Below, piece by piece: positions 28,081 to 39,224 of a stretch of DNA of 64,000 nt. The DNA comes from Cycas panzhihuaensis (lineage: Eukaryota > Plantae > Cycadophyta). A model generated the notes under the pieces. It was not told the DNA's origin. It did not search any database and saw only the letters and a program-made list of their open reading frames with translations. Numbering within the stretch: position 1 is the first letter of the stretch; every line of letters starts with the position of its first letter. The translations under genes were made by a program, and so were the position numbers. Where the stretch lies: the NCBI GenBank assembly GCA_023213395.1, contig CM041465.1, positions 57,915,741 to 57,979,740 on the forward strand, written 5' to 3'.

Positions 28081-28442
28081 TGCCAACCAACACATCAACA
28101 AATGCCTAATTCTACTAAGATCCATCATTTGACTCCATTTTAAGTCAAAATCGACTGAAAATTAAAGAGGAAAGACATCTATTCCACATTAAATAACTCC
28201 TACAATTTCATCATAGTCGAAGTTAGGAGAGAGGAGTTATAATAGATTTACTCAAACACCATACCAACCAACCTATCAATAAATCCCTAGTTTTGTTAGG
28301 AGTGGTAATTCAACCCCATTATAAGTCATAATTCGTTGAAAATTAGAGAGGAGAGGTGTCTATTCAATATGAAATAGATCCCATATTTTTTTGCAATTGA
28401 AGTTAAGATAAAAGAGTTATAGCAAATTTACTCGATAGCAAT
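28081..28442. repeat. Two diverged tandem units, period 181 bp, in the element leader
   Basis: TGCCAACCAACACATCAACAAAT (28081) aligns with TACCAACCAACCTATCAATAAAT (28262), and similarity continues through the unit. Confidence 0.7.
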
Positions 28443-29657
28443 AGGGCAATTGTGCAACTGTAAGTGTAGTCTTTTAAAAAAGAAAGAGTTGACCTAAACA
28501 ATTAAAGGCATGGGCACTGGAAGAAATCGACAAACTTATCAAGTGATTTGTTGACTGAAAACTGGATCTCCATTCAAGAACAACCAAACCCACTATCATA
28601 GAATACCAAAAGCATACAAGGATATTGCACAAAATTGGAACAATGGAGAATTGCATGAACACCATGGACATTGATCTAAAAACCCCAGATAGTCACATGC
28701 ACAAGGGTTTCAAAGGTTAAAGAATCCATTTTCAAGAAAACATGGGAACACCCTAGAGGCTAGTAAGGAAGGGGGCCTTGAACATCGACCATTGAATCTA
28801 TTGCCAAATTTTCTGTGAAAGCCTAAGTTGCTAATATACAACCAAAAGGGGGATGTTGATATAGATGAATGGTGGGCTAAGATGATAAATGAATTTGTAA
28901 CCTATGACATTAGTGATGCAAAAGGCAATTAGCTTTTGCTATGGACTTTTTACAAGTTCCCATATACCAGTGGGCTATAACTTGGAGACGAGAATCAAAA
29001 GATTACAAAAATTAAGTAATTTCCAAAAGCCATAAGAGAACACAATAAGGAGAATTGGAGTAATACATACTATGTCTAGTTGTCCCATTGTTACCAAGGC
29101 AGAAGGTTTGTAGAGGAGTTTAATGAGGAATTTGAGAGGTTGCAGATTAAGGCTGACAACAAACCTAAGGAAGCCCTCCCCATTTACATTAGTAATATGA
29201 GGAAAGACATTGGTGCAAACATTTGACAATTTAATCCCTAAACCCTAGAAAGTGCCATTGAACTTGCTCGACACATTGCAAACATAAATTGTAGTAACGG
29301 AGCTCAACTTATGTAATCCCACATAGAAGATTGTCTACAAAATCTAAAATGTTACCAAACCCTAACCAACCCAACAAGAGAGAAGATCCTGAGAGAACCA
29401 AGAGGATGGCCTAGGGACTTTGTGTAGATTGTGGTAAAGAATGGGTTCTAGGACACCATTGTGTTTGGCTTAAGAGAAAGCAAACTGAGATAGTTGAATT
29501 AGAGGAAGACCTGGGAGAAGAACTATAAAATGTACAAGTTAATCTCCTAGATGATCCTCATTGTGAAGAAATTTTGAATGACTAGACCCTTGATGATAAG
29601 CATCTTGAGATATCGATCGCAGCAATATAGGGAACTCAACAACCTAATACAATTAAA

Positions 29658-30119
29658 ATGTATGAGTACATCAGGAAACAAAAAATTCTAGTCTTGATAG
29701 ACCCTAGTAGCACACATAATTTCATCAATACTAAGGTTGCTACAAGGCTCAAACCTCACGTTGATAGAAATAAAACTTTTAACATCTTAGTGCCTAGGAA
29801 GCAGACAATCAAATGCGATGAGGAAGTTAGTAATCAACGAATCCAGCTCCACAAAGTTTCAATCTACATTTACTTTTATACATTCCACATTGGGGAATTT
29901 GATGTAATATTAAAGGTTGAATGGTTGAAGACCTTAGGCACATATGCCCTCAACCACTTTGAAAATGTCATTCGATTTTACATGAGCGGGCAACTGCACC
30001 AATTATTAGGAGTTGATACCCCAGAATCCTCTTTAGTACTGGCTAAAAAAAAGGCTAAACTACTTTGCAAAGAACATGCAAGAACCATCAGTGGACTTTA
30101 TGCAATGCAAGGGCAATAG
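29658..30119 (+). pseudogene. Retrotransposon aspartic protease (RVP_2-like)
   Basis: ILVLIDPSSTHNFIN...FDVILKVEWLKTLG. Confidence 0.85.
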
Positions 30120-31722
30120 CAGGAAACAATGCTAGAAAACCCACAACAAAAACAAGTTGACAAATTACTAAGTCAACACCCAAAAGTTTCCCAAGACTCA
30201 CCAATTACTCTTCCCCCATCAAGAGTCTTGGAACATATCATCAAGATTGAGTATCCCAGGCCATCATCAGGTCTCAAGAGAAGAATTTACATTTTTGCAC
30301 AATTTCTGAATCTTTTATCCTATGGAAAGGGCTACAACCAAAAGTTGCAACATGGGAGACTCAAGTTTGTTGACAGCTTTCCTAAGCTCTGTGGTCAGAG
30401 CTTTCTTTTCTCAACAAAGGAGAGTATGTTGCAAACCTGCGACCCCATTAACCAACATGATTATCAATCAAAGTTATTAGTTATTGCATTAACCGACATG
30501 ATTATTAATCAAGAGTTATTAGTTATCAAGAGTTACATTTATCAAAAGTCACATATCAAGATTCATGTCCCCTTTATATTTTCATATTTAAATAGCATAG
30601 AGGGTAATATGTAATCATCAGACATTGAATAATAACATTTCCTTTGAGATTAGGCCTTGTGGTTGTCATGTATTGCCATTTTGTTCTCAATCTGTACTTG
30701 TTATTGCTCTGTGTGATCATCTCTTACATGGCAACCAGCTTCAGGGCTATCGCAAAAATCATATCAAAGGAGAATACCACAAAGCTGAATGGACATACGA
30801 ACATGAAAAGACCAGACATGAAAAGGCCTGTACTGAACTCAAATGGTTCCTAAAGAGTGAAATAAGAAGATGATGTCTGCCAAGGTTGCAATTAGAATGA
30901 GTGAAACATTGAAGACAAATACTATGCTTTGGTTGAATGCAAAGCATGCAAAGGACATCAGGCAATAATCATGTATATAAAAAAAAATTAGGTGTCTGAT
31001 GTGAATGTAGCCTGAAATGTTTCTCTTCCGTATAAGACCAAAACTGACTTCTGGTGCTGTTCTAGCATGTTCTCCCATGCATCAGGTCCTATGCCTTTCT
31101 GGCTCAAGTTGACACACAAAGAATTATGTTATGTAAAGTGAAAGGTTCAAAGAGTTCAGTTAGGAGTCACAAGGGTTACAAGAAAAAAGGTACAAACATC
31201 AATGCCTCACATAAGAATGCCTAATGGACAATTAAGGAATGTCCTATGTACAAAATTATGCATATAATGTGTCCACAGCACATGATCGGCAAACTCAACT
31301 GCAGTCACATGCAATAATAGACTTGGCATTATTAAGCAAATGAAGCATGAACTTGAACTAGTAATTCAGGCTCAAGGAAACATCCTGTCCATAGTAGCTT
31401 CCACTTCCTTCATTTTTCATGAAACCCAACCAGGTCATGATTCTTTTCATCTTCCATACGACCCTGCCTTAGAAAACCTTCTTCCACAATGATCGGCATG
31501 TTCACTTTAAAGCAACATTTCTTCATAAACCAGAGGTGACAACAAAGCACTTATTAGAGTCAGAAACATGTTGAGGATTGGATCACCCAAATTAGAATTC
31601 TATTGAAGGGTTCCAATAGAGTAAGGAGCCATGGGTACATCTGCTCAGGAAGTACCAAAAGACCCCGGATCACCTATCATTGCATTGTCCTTGACCGTAG
31701 CCCTGTAATCAAAGGAATCACC

Positions 31723-32190
31723 TCATGGTGGAATCCCAGCTTCCATTGCTTCTGAAGATTTTTGCACCTCTCCAAGGTCATTATTATAAGGTCCAGAACA
31801 AACCATGTCTTCTTCCTCTAATTCACTTTTCTCCATTGAATCATCCTGGAAATCCATCGACAAAGGTTTAAAATAGGCTCCATCTTCTTTCTCAATTCCA
31901 CTGTTCTCCATTGACACATCCTGGAAATGAATCACAAAATCATATTCTTCTCCATATTTCCCCGCACATGATATGTCATCTGTGTTAATCCCTTGCTCCA
32001 CATCATGGGAAAAATTTTCAGCATCTCCATCTACCTTCAAGCCCTGTGATTTCTGAAATGCTGTAATTGATTTGGAAGACATCTTTCCATCCTCACTATC
32101 AAAAGAGTACTTGTGTTGACTGTCTGGCCAGCCACGATATAAAGTGATTTTCCTTGGCGATTGAGATACCAGCACTGCTCCAGTGGCTGT
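31723..32190 (-). CDS. CRM splicing factor last coding exon (end of CRM4 plus acidic tail)
   Basis: ctacag|[22 protein letters not shown]...AGIPP*. Confidence 0.8.
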   Translation of the reverse strand, partial: TATGAVLVSQSPRKITLYRGWPDSQHKYSFDSEDGKMSSKSITAFQKSQGLKVDGDAENFSHDVEQGINTDDISCAGKYGEEYDFVIHFQDVSMENSGIEKEDGAYFKPLSMDFQDDSMEKSELEEEDMVCSGPYNNDLGEVQKSSEAMEAGIPP

Positions 32191-32493
32191 CTGTAGAAGC
32201 ACATTAAGCATTAAATTTAACCTTCAATAAAGATAGATAAAGTTGCAACTTATTAAGTTTGAAAACAGTCCTTATATGTACCTCAAGTTGGCGCACAATG
32301 TCCACAATCTTCTTCACCCTACCCTTCAAACCAATTTTCACAAATGCATGATTTTGAAAGAACAAGCCAATGTGCATTGCAAGGCCTGAAATATCCTTAT
32401 TCTTTTCTGCATTGTAAACATTAATAGTCACAAAAGATTTTTGTTAGAGATTAGAAGTTTAGTACGAAACAGTTTTCACAAATGAACAATTGA

Positions 32494-32554
<61 letters not shown>

Positions 32555-34867
32555 ACACTCTTTGCCAAGACTTCATAGCCAAAGAAGCTTACCAACAAGA
32601 AAAAGGGTGGGCTTTTCTACGTTTACAGCTTGCTTTTGTAGAGAGAGAGACAGAGAGAGAGAGAGAACACTCTTTGCCAAGACTTCATAGCCAAAGAAGC
32701 TTACCAACAAGAAAAAGGGTGGGCTTCTCTACGTTTACGGCTTGCTTTTGTAGCATGATAATTTCTTTACTTGGGAGTGATTCAATACTAAATGATGTAT
32801 TGCCCTTTCTAATGTGTTCTGCAGAGTATGTTTCAGCTTCAACCAACTCAACTGCATTCGTGTCTGACTGGGGCTCAGAAGATAAAGCCTCATTTTTACA
32901 GTAGCTGTAACAAGGCTGAGTACCCGACTCTCCATCTTGAGCCTGCATGTAACTAACATACAACCTGTATTAGCAGTTCACAATAATAACAACAAAAAGA
33001 AGAAGAATATAGTCTGTCATAAGATACATGAAACAATGAAATGCTTAAATTGATTAATTGTTCATAAATAAACAGATCAACTTTAAATAGCTACACTAGC
33101 TATATTCAACTAAGGTAGTTCCCACCTTCATAAATTTGGAAGGATATGCAGAATCCAACCCTGCATTTGGTTCTACAAAACTGTAAACGCCTTCCATTTT
33201 GTTCTGAAAATAAAAGAATGCCCGTGAGGAATCATTGAAACTTGCAATATCTAAAAATGGAAATCCTGATGTTTCAGAGGATTGATTTGTAATTGCCTTC
33301 ACTGTGATCAAATTTCAACCATAACTCATCAGTGCCCCTATGATAAACAATTTATATAAACTAAAGTCACTGTTAGTCAAACAAGGCAGAAATATACAAG
33401 GTAACACTTCATCTGTTGTATGTTCTTCTCCAGTTGAAATATGTGAAAATTCAGCGCCTGCAAATTTGGGCATAGAAAACAATGCACAAAAGTTATGAAA
33501 TGCAAAATCACATGAACAAAATTGGCAAAGATGAAAAAAAATAGGCCCTTCTTGAATAGCTATTCCAGTTTCCCATCTTCAAGTTGCAAGAAAAATAATC
33601 CCATTTTCTGTCCTGCAGCAATAATAGAAAATCACAAATTACAAAGTAAACTTTAGAGAAGAGGAAGATACCCCACGCCGTTGCATCTCAATTGAGTGCT
33701 TTAATGCCTTTCTCTTGTTCAGTAAGTTATTGGGCCTCAATTTAGTTGGACGCTGGTAATTCTTGCCACGATAAACAATTATAGCATGACCTTTGGACAC
33801 TCTCTCCACTGCTACTAATATTCCCCCGCTTTCATATTCTAGCATTCTTGCAGTCTCTTCAACATGTGCAAGGCTCTTTTGTTTTGAGATTATTTTCACT
33901 AATTCCCTATGCTTCCAATGCAAGTGCATGTTTTCCACAACCCCATCAAATACTCCTCGTATGCCTAAAGCACAAGTCAAAACAGGCATTCCAATTTACA
34001 CCATCTGTACATACCAAGAACTACAAGCAATATAATCCATAAAATGAGCTTAAGGTTGATTGTTTCTATAGACAGATCAAAACTCACCAAGCATTAAGAA
34101 TGCCTTCATTTTCAAGCCAAGTCTACGAAACATGAATTTCTCTTCATTAGTTATTGTCTCTTGATCTGCTGGTTGTTCCACAGGTGCACAAAATGCTTCT
34201 AGTTTAGCTAATTCCCTCTCTGCTTTGTTCTTCTTCAGTTGGGCCTGTTAATTCAGGGTGGCAATGACTCATCAAAGGTAGCAGTAATGTGCAATTGAAA
34301 AAGCATGATTCCTTCCATGTGACATTAAACACATTCTAATATGCATTTTAAAGCTCTTTTTTCATTGACAGCTAACGTTTAGGATGTTTCTTGTAAGAAA
34401 ATTGAAATTGTATCAACTTTAAAAAGAAGAGACGGTATTATGTGATCCTTTCACAACAAAAATAACTGCTTGAGTAAACCAAACTGTTCAATTTCTCAAT
34501 TGTAGGTGATGATTAAACTTACAATGGACAGCTTACGCTCAAGCCTCTTGACTGCATCAGCTCGCTTAGCCTTGGCTTCTGCTTCTCTAATGTTATCCCG
34601 CTCTTTACCATCCAGCATTTTTTCCCATTGGGCCTTCACTTCTAGGGATTCAGCTAATGTACCAGCAATGCTGGGACCTACTTCAACTCTCGCTCTAATT
34701 GCTGCAGCTGCTTTCAGCCGAGCATTTTCTTCCTCATCTTGAAGGACCTTTGCCATTGCCTCCCTCTCTGCTAATGCAGAAGCAACAACAGGAGGAAGAA
34801 AGTCCTTTCCTCTATATATGACAATATAGAACTTGTTTCTTAAAAGCAAAATGCCTCCTGTAAGGCG
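31723..34867 (-). CDS. CRM-domain chloroplast group II intron splicing factor (CRS1 subfamily, CFM1/CFM2/CFM3-like); 3' part, 8 exons, 587 aa in window
   Basis: Exons 34867-34523, 34244-34088, 33964-33672, 33457-33398, 33203-33126, 32942-32705, 32406-32282 and 32190-31723 have GT-AG boundaries and compatible phases and total 1764 nt. They encode [42 protein letters not shown] and [13 protein letters not shown]. Confidence 0.9.
32282..32406 (-). CDS. CRM splicing factor exon (CRM domain 4 core)
   Basis: atgcag|[29 protein letters not shown]...RQLE|gtac. Confidence 0.8.
32495..32753. repeat. (CA)n(TA)n(GA)n microsatellite plus 88-bp duplication of an exon end and splice donor
   Basis: 32554-32641 repeats 32666-32753 with 2 substitutions; each copy is preceded by (GA)n. 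Confidence 0.95.
32705..32942 (-). CDS. CRM splicing factor exon (linker plus start of CRM domain 4)
   Basis: atgcag|AQDGESG...[24 protein letters not shown]|gtaag. Confidence 0.75.
33126..33203 (-). CDS. CRM splicing factor small exon (linker)
   Basis: tttcag|[26 protein letters not shown]|gtggg; phase 0 at both ends. Confidence 0.7.
33398..33457 (-). CDS. CRM splicing factor small exon
   Basis: ttgcag|[20 protein letters not shown]|gtat; matches the helix that follows CRM3. Confidence 0.85.
33672..33964 (-). CDS. CRM splicing factor exon (CRM domain 3)
   Basis: tttag|[25 protein letters not shown]...YRGKNYQRP...QRRG|gtatc. Confidence 0.93.
34088..34244 (-). CDS. CRM splicing factor exon (start of CRM domain 3)
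   Basis: aacag|[16 protein letters not shown]...[25 protein letters not shown]|gtgag; absent from the ORF track. Confidence 0.92.
34523..34867 (-). CDS. CRM splicing factor exon (end of CRM domain 2 plus coiled-coil linker)
   Basis: ttgcag|[25 protein letters not shown]...AGTLAE...RKLSI|gtaag; 345 nt. Confidence 0.92.
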
Positions 34868-35096
34868 CTGCAAATAGAACACACTTGTTACATTCCAAGG
34901 GAATAGAGCACACATTAATTGAAGATAAACTGTAAAATAGAGAGGACATTGAAACAAGCAAGATTCTTGGTTATTGTTTTGAACTCCCACATCATAAGAA
35001 AATTTTTTTTCACTATTTGGCATTATGTGAATCAGCTTACAATTTAATATCTTATATTTAAATTTGGTGATGATGCTCATCTCAAAGGATGCTTAT

Positions 35097-37094
35097 TGAT
35101 GAAATCAAACAATTCTAAGAAGCAAGTGCTATTACAGAGATTATAGTGTATGTCAAGGAGAGCTTTGAAAACAAGTTTTTTGTCCCAAGGAAAACCTAGG
35201 AATGAAGCTTTTGTTGGAAGAATGAACCTGCTTGTCTCCAATATACAAAACTATGTTGAACAAAAAACATTGTTCACAGTTGGAGATGTATTTGAACAAA
35301 GCATGAACTGAAAGATGTCCCATGTTGCAGACTATAATAGCAAAGCTCTCCATCCGAGCTAATGAAAACACTAAAAAATAATGGACCACAGGAGTAAACT
35401 CCTGATATGGTGGTGCCCACCAATCTACAGCAGAAAAGATAGCACTGACAACAGAAAAACATTCAAATAATAATATTTCAACATTCATAACATCAGACTA
35501 TTCACAGATCATAGCTCTTCACGAAACAAGATCAGAATTGCAGCAGATAATCAGATACTAATAGTACAATAATTGATAATGTCAGATTAAACTCCAGTAG
35601 TACATTGCCCTCTTTGAGGTGAGGGTTCCCTCCCAAATGGCACAGTAGTGCCCTAATGGCCCTAGGCCATTATTTCAAATCAAATATCAAATTCTCCAAA
35701 AATCCTTTACAAATGAACAATGATCTTTATTAATAGCCTTACTTTTCTCTCTCTAAAACTGATTTCTAATTCTTTCTCCTAAAAATACCAACTTCATATT
35801 AAAAAATCTTCCTTGTTTCTCCTAAAGACCGACTTCTTCATAAATTAGGAATGCAACAACTCCCCTCCCCTTCAAATACTTTGCCCTTGAAATGTAAACA
35901 GTCGCATGTGGAGCTGCTTGGTCTTGGTTTGACAAATTCTTCCATCCACCACCTACTAAGTCCTATATATCATAAAAATTTGATCCAATCTTGTGCCTTT
36001 TGTTGGACATAATTGGCATGTGAGCTAAATTTGTAGATGCTTGTGTCTAGGACCTATTGCCTATTGTATTTCATCCTATACCAAAGCAATCTTGGGACCT
36101 ATATGATGTGGATGAAACTTGGGCCAAAATCTTGTTTTGTGTTAGTGCAATTTGTCCTCAACTGATATCACTTAAGGTATGAGAGATATTGAGAAAATGG
36201 AGGGGATTTTGGAGGACAAAAATAACATGATTTTGGGGAGTCAGCAAGAAATTGGTCATAAGGGTCATATAATGGCAATTGCATAATTCAAGAAGGATTG
36301 GGAGATGAGGGCATCAATGAAGTGATCAACAATAGATTTGAATGTATAGGAAATAGGGATAGAAAAGATATATAATGAGAAGTACATGTGTCTAGAAATT
36401 GATTGGAATGAAGGTTAGGATCAATAAGGTTTTGGCTGGACAAGTAGGGATTTTAGGATAATAAGATGGATGCAAGACTAGTGATACATGCCTTTTATGG
36501 GAAAAAGATTTTGATAGGGGTTAAAAAATGGAGGTAAGACTAAATGAAGGACTTAATGGAAAAAAAGAGTGTTGGTTGTATAGAAGGGTGTGTCACGGGT
36601 TGCCATTACACCAAAAGCCCCGGGGTGATTTGGGAAGAGGACTTCCTTGTGATAGTTAGCGTCATGCGCTCCAACACTCCCCCGTCACAAGGAGTCGGTT
36701 GTACCTACACGGATTGGCATGTCCACCACGGCGTTCTTCGGTGGGACACAACGCCTTCACGGATATCCGGGTGCGCTACCGCGGTACACAAGACTGGATT
36801 TGAACCCTGGTCGCTCTGATACCACTTGTCACAGGTTGCCATTACACCAAAAGCCCCGGGGTGATTTGGGAAGAGGACTTCCTTGTGATAGTTAGCGTCA
36901 TGCGCTCCAACAGGGTGAAAGATGGGGACAAATAGGATGAGGTGTTATAAGCAATTTTTGTATTAGGGGATGAAGCATAATGAAAGGTAATGGGAGGTTT
37001 AGAACATCCTAATGGGAAAATTCTATAGGGGATGAAGAAATCTATGACCAGTCAGGTGAGCTAGGGTTAGGAAGAGAGACTAGGAGTTGTTCTA
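35097..37094 (-). mobile_element. 3' end of a noncoding LTR element (putative 3' LTR 35604->35097 plus internal region); host of the intron nest
   Basis: Minus-strand PPT CAAAGAGGGCAA is immediately followed by TGTA at 35604; LTR end ...TTTCATCA is tentative; partner LTR not in window. Confidence 0.45.
36591..36912 (-). mobile_element. 322-bp TRIM/SMART-type miniature LTR retroelement
   Basis: 86-bp LTRs at 36591-36676 and 36827-36912 (85/86 identical); TG..CA ends; TSD GGGTG; PBS TGGTATCAGAGC (36824->36813); PPT GGGGGAG (36683->36677). Confidence 0.97.
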
Positions 37095-39224
37095 TGTTAG
37101 AGATAATGTTTAATTAGTTAATGTTAATGTTAATGAGTCCCCCTTAACTCTCTCATAGGATTATTAAATTGGGATATATTTAGTTATGTGCAAGATGATG
37201 CACACCTATTTATGTAAATGTCCCATTGGTAGACATAAGGGTTATTACATACGATTGAACAAGCATGAGGTGACTATGTACTATAAGTATGTATTCATAC
37301 CTAATGCAATAATTGGAGATGATCATTTCCCACAAGCTTTATTGTCTTCTGTGTATGCACATACTTCATTCTCTAGTTTGTTCATTTATTGTTTATATGT
37401 ATGTGTTTATTGTATATTCATATGTCCAATAGATCTGCCCTACTGTATTTCAACATGGCATCAAAGCAGGATAGTATGATCGATCCTTTGGAGTAGATTA
37501 AAGCAAGAAGATTGAATAGCCAAAGCTAGTCTGCATTTAAATTGGAATTTTGTTGTGCAAAGCCACTACAAATGATGTGCAGATTTGTTGTCGATGGCAA
37601 TCCTATCAAATAACACCCCTGTTACTGTTGGCTTGTTGGCCACTACTAGTGAATTGTCTCTCCAATTGCTATAATGGTAATAAATATTGTGGATGTCTAT
37701 TATCCACACAACTCACTGTTACTGCTACTGTTCACAGTTGAATTCATTTTAGTGTATTTAAGCATCATGAGAATTATGATTAGCACTTGTCTTTGAAGGC
37801 ATAGGATGAAAGGAATAGAATGGTTAAATCATAGAAAATTAGCTAAGACTTAAATTCGAGCCTAGGCAAATCATATTCTGAATTCATCAGAAAATATTGA
37901 GGTTGTGATCAATGGTGCACAAATGGATTCCACAAATTTGGGTCACCAAGAGCTCATGGATTCTCGATCTCTGTTGGATTCCAATGTACGATTGAGCTCA
38001 ATCAGTGGTGTTCCAAAAGGCCATGTTTGGAACCAAGACTTCATCTTGGACGGTGGAAGCAACGAAGGCATGTAGAATATATAGAACAACTTCGTTTCAA
38101 ATCTCAACAAAGTGTTATGCTCAGGGCTTCAAGGCACAATGATCATCTACTAAACTAATCATGATCTTCTCGTCTATCTTTATGGTTCTTCTTAGAGGAT
38201 AAGTTGCAATAAAAGACGTTACGATAGAATCAGAGCTTTTATCCAAGGTATATCTCTACTAAAGTGGCTACGATTTCTAGTCTTCTCTTATAGATAGGTT
38301 GAACATCAATCCTGGCATTCTTCAATAGTAATATGCCATCAAATCTTCTAGATTTGTGTCTTAATTTAACGCTTTGACTCCTCAAATAATGTTGAGAAAC
38401 ATTCCTAATTGTTTCTAATTTAAGAAGTTCCCTTTCTATGATTGAAATTAGAGACAAAAGTGTCAAACTTTCTTTGGTAACGACAACTTGAGAGTAGCAG
38501 CCCTAAAACATCCAATGTTTGCATTAAACTTTACGATGACTTGCTTACAAATGGTTACTATACCACCAGACTCTGGATTGTAATGCCTTCACTAGAATTT
38601 GCTCTAATAGTGGATTCTGGTACTACTGTTATGTATGTCTCATGTTCAACCTGTACCCCATGTGGTTGTCATCAAGATCCAAGTTTTCAACTGAATCTGT
38701 CAAGCTCTTATCGGCCTATAGAATGTGGGTTGGAGTGTAGAAATTGTGATATAGGCAGAAGGCAATGTAAATATGAGAGACCGTATGCAAAGATTAGCAC
38801 TAGCAGTCCAGTACTTCGGGAAGATATTGTATCATTTGCTAGTGACAGTGCACTTGGGCCACAATGTGTAGTATATGAGTATGAGAATTTAGAGATTGGT
38901 GATCTTTATCATCAACATGCAGATGGCATTATGGGGCTTGGCCGTGGGGGGGGGGGGGTGGTGGTGGTGTTAGAGATGTTGTTTAATTAGTTAATGCAAA
39001 TGTTAAGGAGTCCCCCTTAACTTTCTCATAAGATTATTAAATTGGAATATATTAAGTTATGTGAAGGTGGTGCACACGTATTCATGTAAATGTCCCATTG
39101 GTGGACATAAGGGTGCTTACATATGATTGGACAAGTATGAGGTGACTATGTACTATAAGTATGTATTCATACATAATGCAATAATTGAAGATGATCATTT
39201 CCCATAAACTTTATTGTCTTATAA
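37095..39224 (+). mobile_element. Non-autonomous LTR element carrying a host gene fragment; 3' LTR interrupted at 39224
   Basis: 5' LTR 37095-37455; PBS TGGCATCAAAGC (37456-37467); G-run PPT ~38946-38967; 3' LTR from 38968 aligns with the 5' LTR up to ~39220; no gag/pol. Confidence 0.88.
38481..38948 (+). pseudogene. Captured, intronless fragment of a plant A1 (pepsin-like, TAXi_N domain) aspartic protease gene
   Basis: RQLE...KLYDDLLTNGYYTTRLWI...FALIVDSGTTV.YV.CSTC..CG.HQDP.FQ...GDLY.QHADGIMGLGRG matches the At5g43100/At3g50050-type family from recall. No start context, no C-terminal lobe, several conserved Gly/Cys residues replaced. Confidence 0.9.

Larger units (their letters stand above)
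27600..30754 (+). mobile_element. Non-autonomous chromovirus: gag-protease-chromodomain, RT/RH/IN missing
   Basis: LTRs 27600-27944 and 30427-30754; decayed PBS TAGCATAAAAGC; PPT AAAGGAGAG; protease LVLIDPSSTHNFIN; chromodomain remnant ILWKGLQPKVATWET at ~30255-30372. Confidence 0.8.

Noticed and set aside
30129-30873. 161-aa and neighbouring ORFs as genes
   Set aside because: Read-through across the deletion junction and the 3' LTR.
31440-31722. Coding extension beyond the CRM stop codon
   Set aside because: Further in-frame stops follow within ~25-40 codons; treated as 3' UTR.
35153-35488. Minus-strand ORFs as further exons of the CRM gene
   Set aside because: No CRM-family similarity; they lie inside a putative LTR next to a PPT.
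36591-36912. Cassandra element, tRNA gene, or 91-aa ORF
   Set aside because: No 5S rRNA-like segment in the LTRs; only a T-arm-like stretch with no cloverleaf; the ORF is incidental.
38541-38990. Functional aspartic protease gene or retroviral-type protease
   Set aside because: A1 family, not retropepsin; no signal peptide, ATG or C-terminal lobe; runs into the LTR; conserved residues lost.
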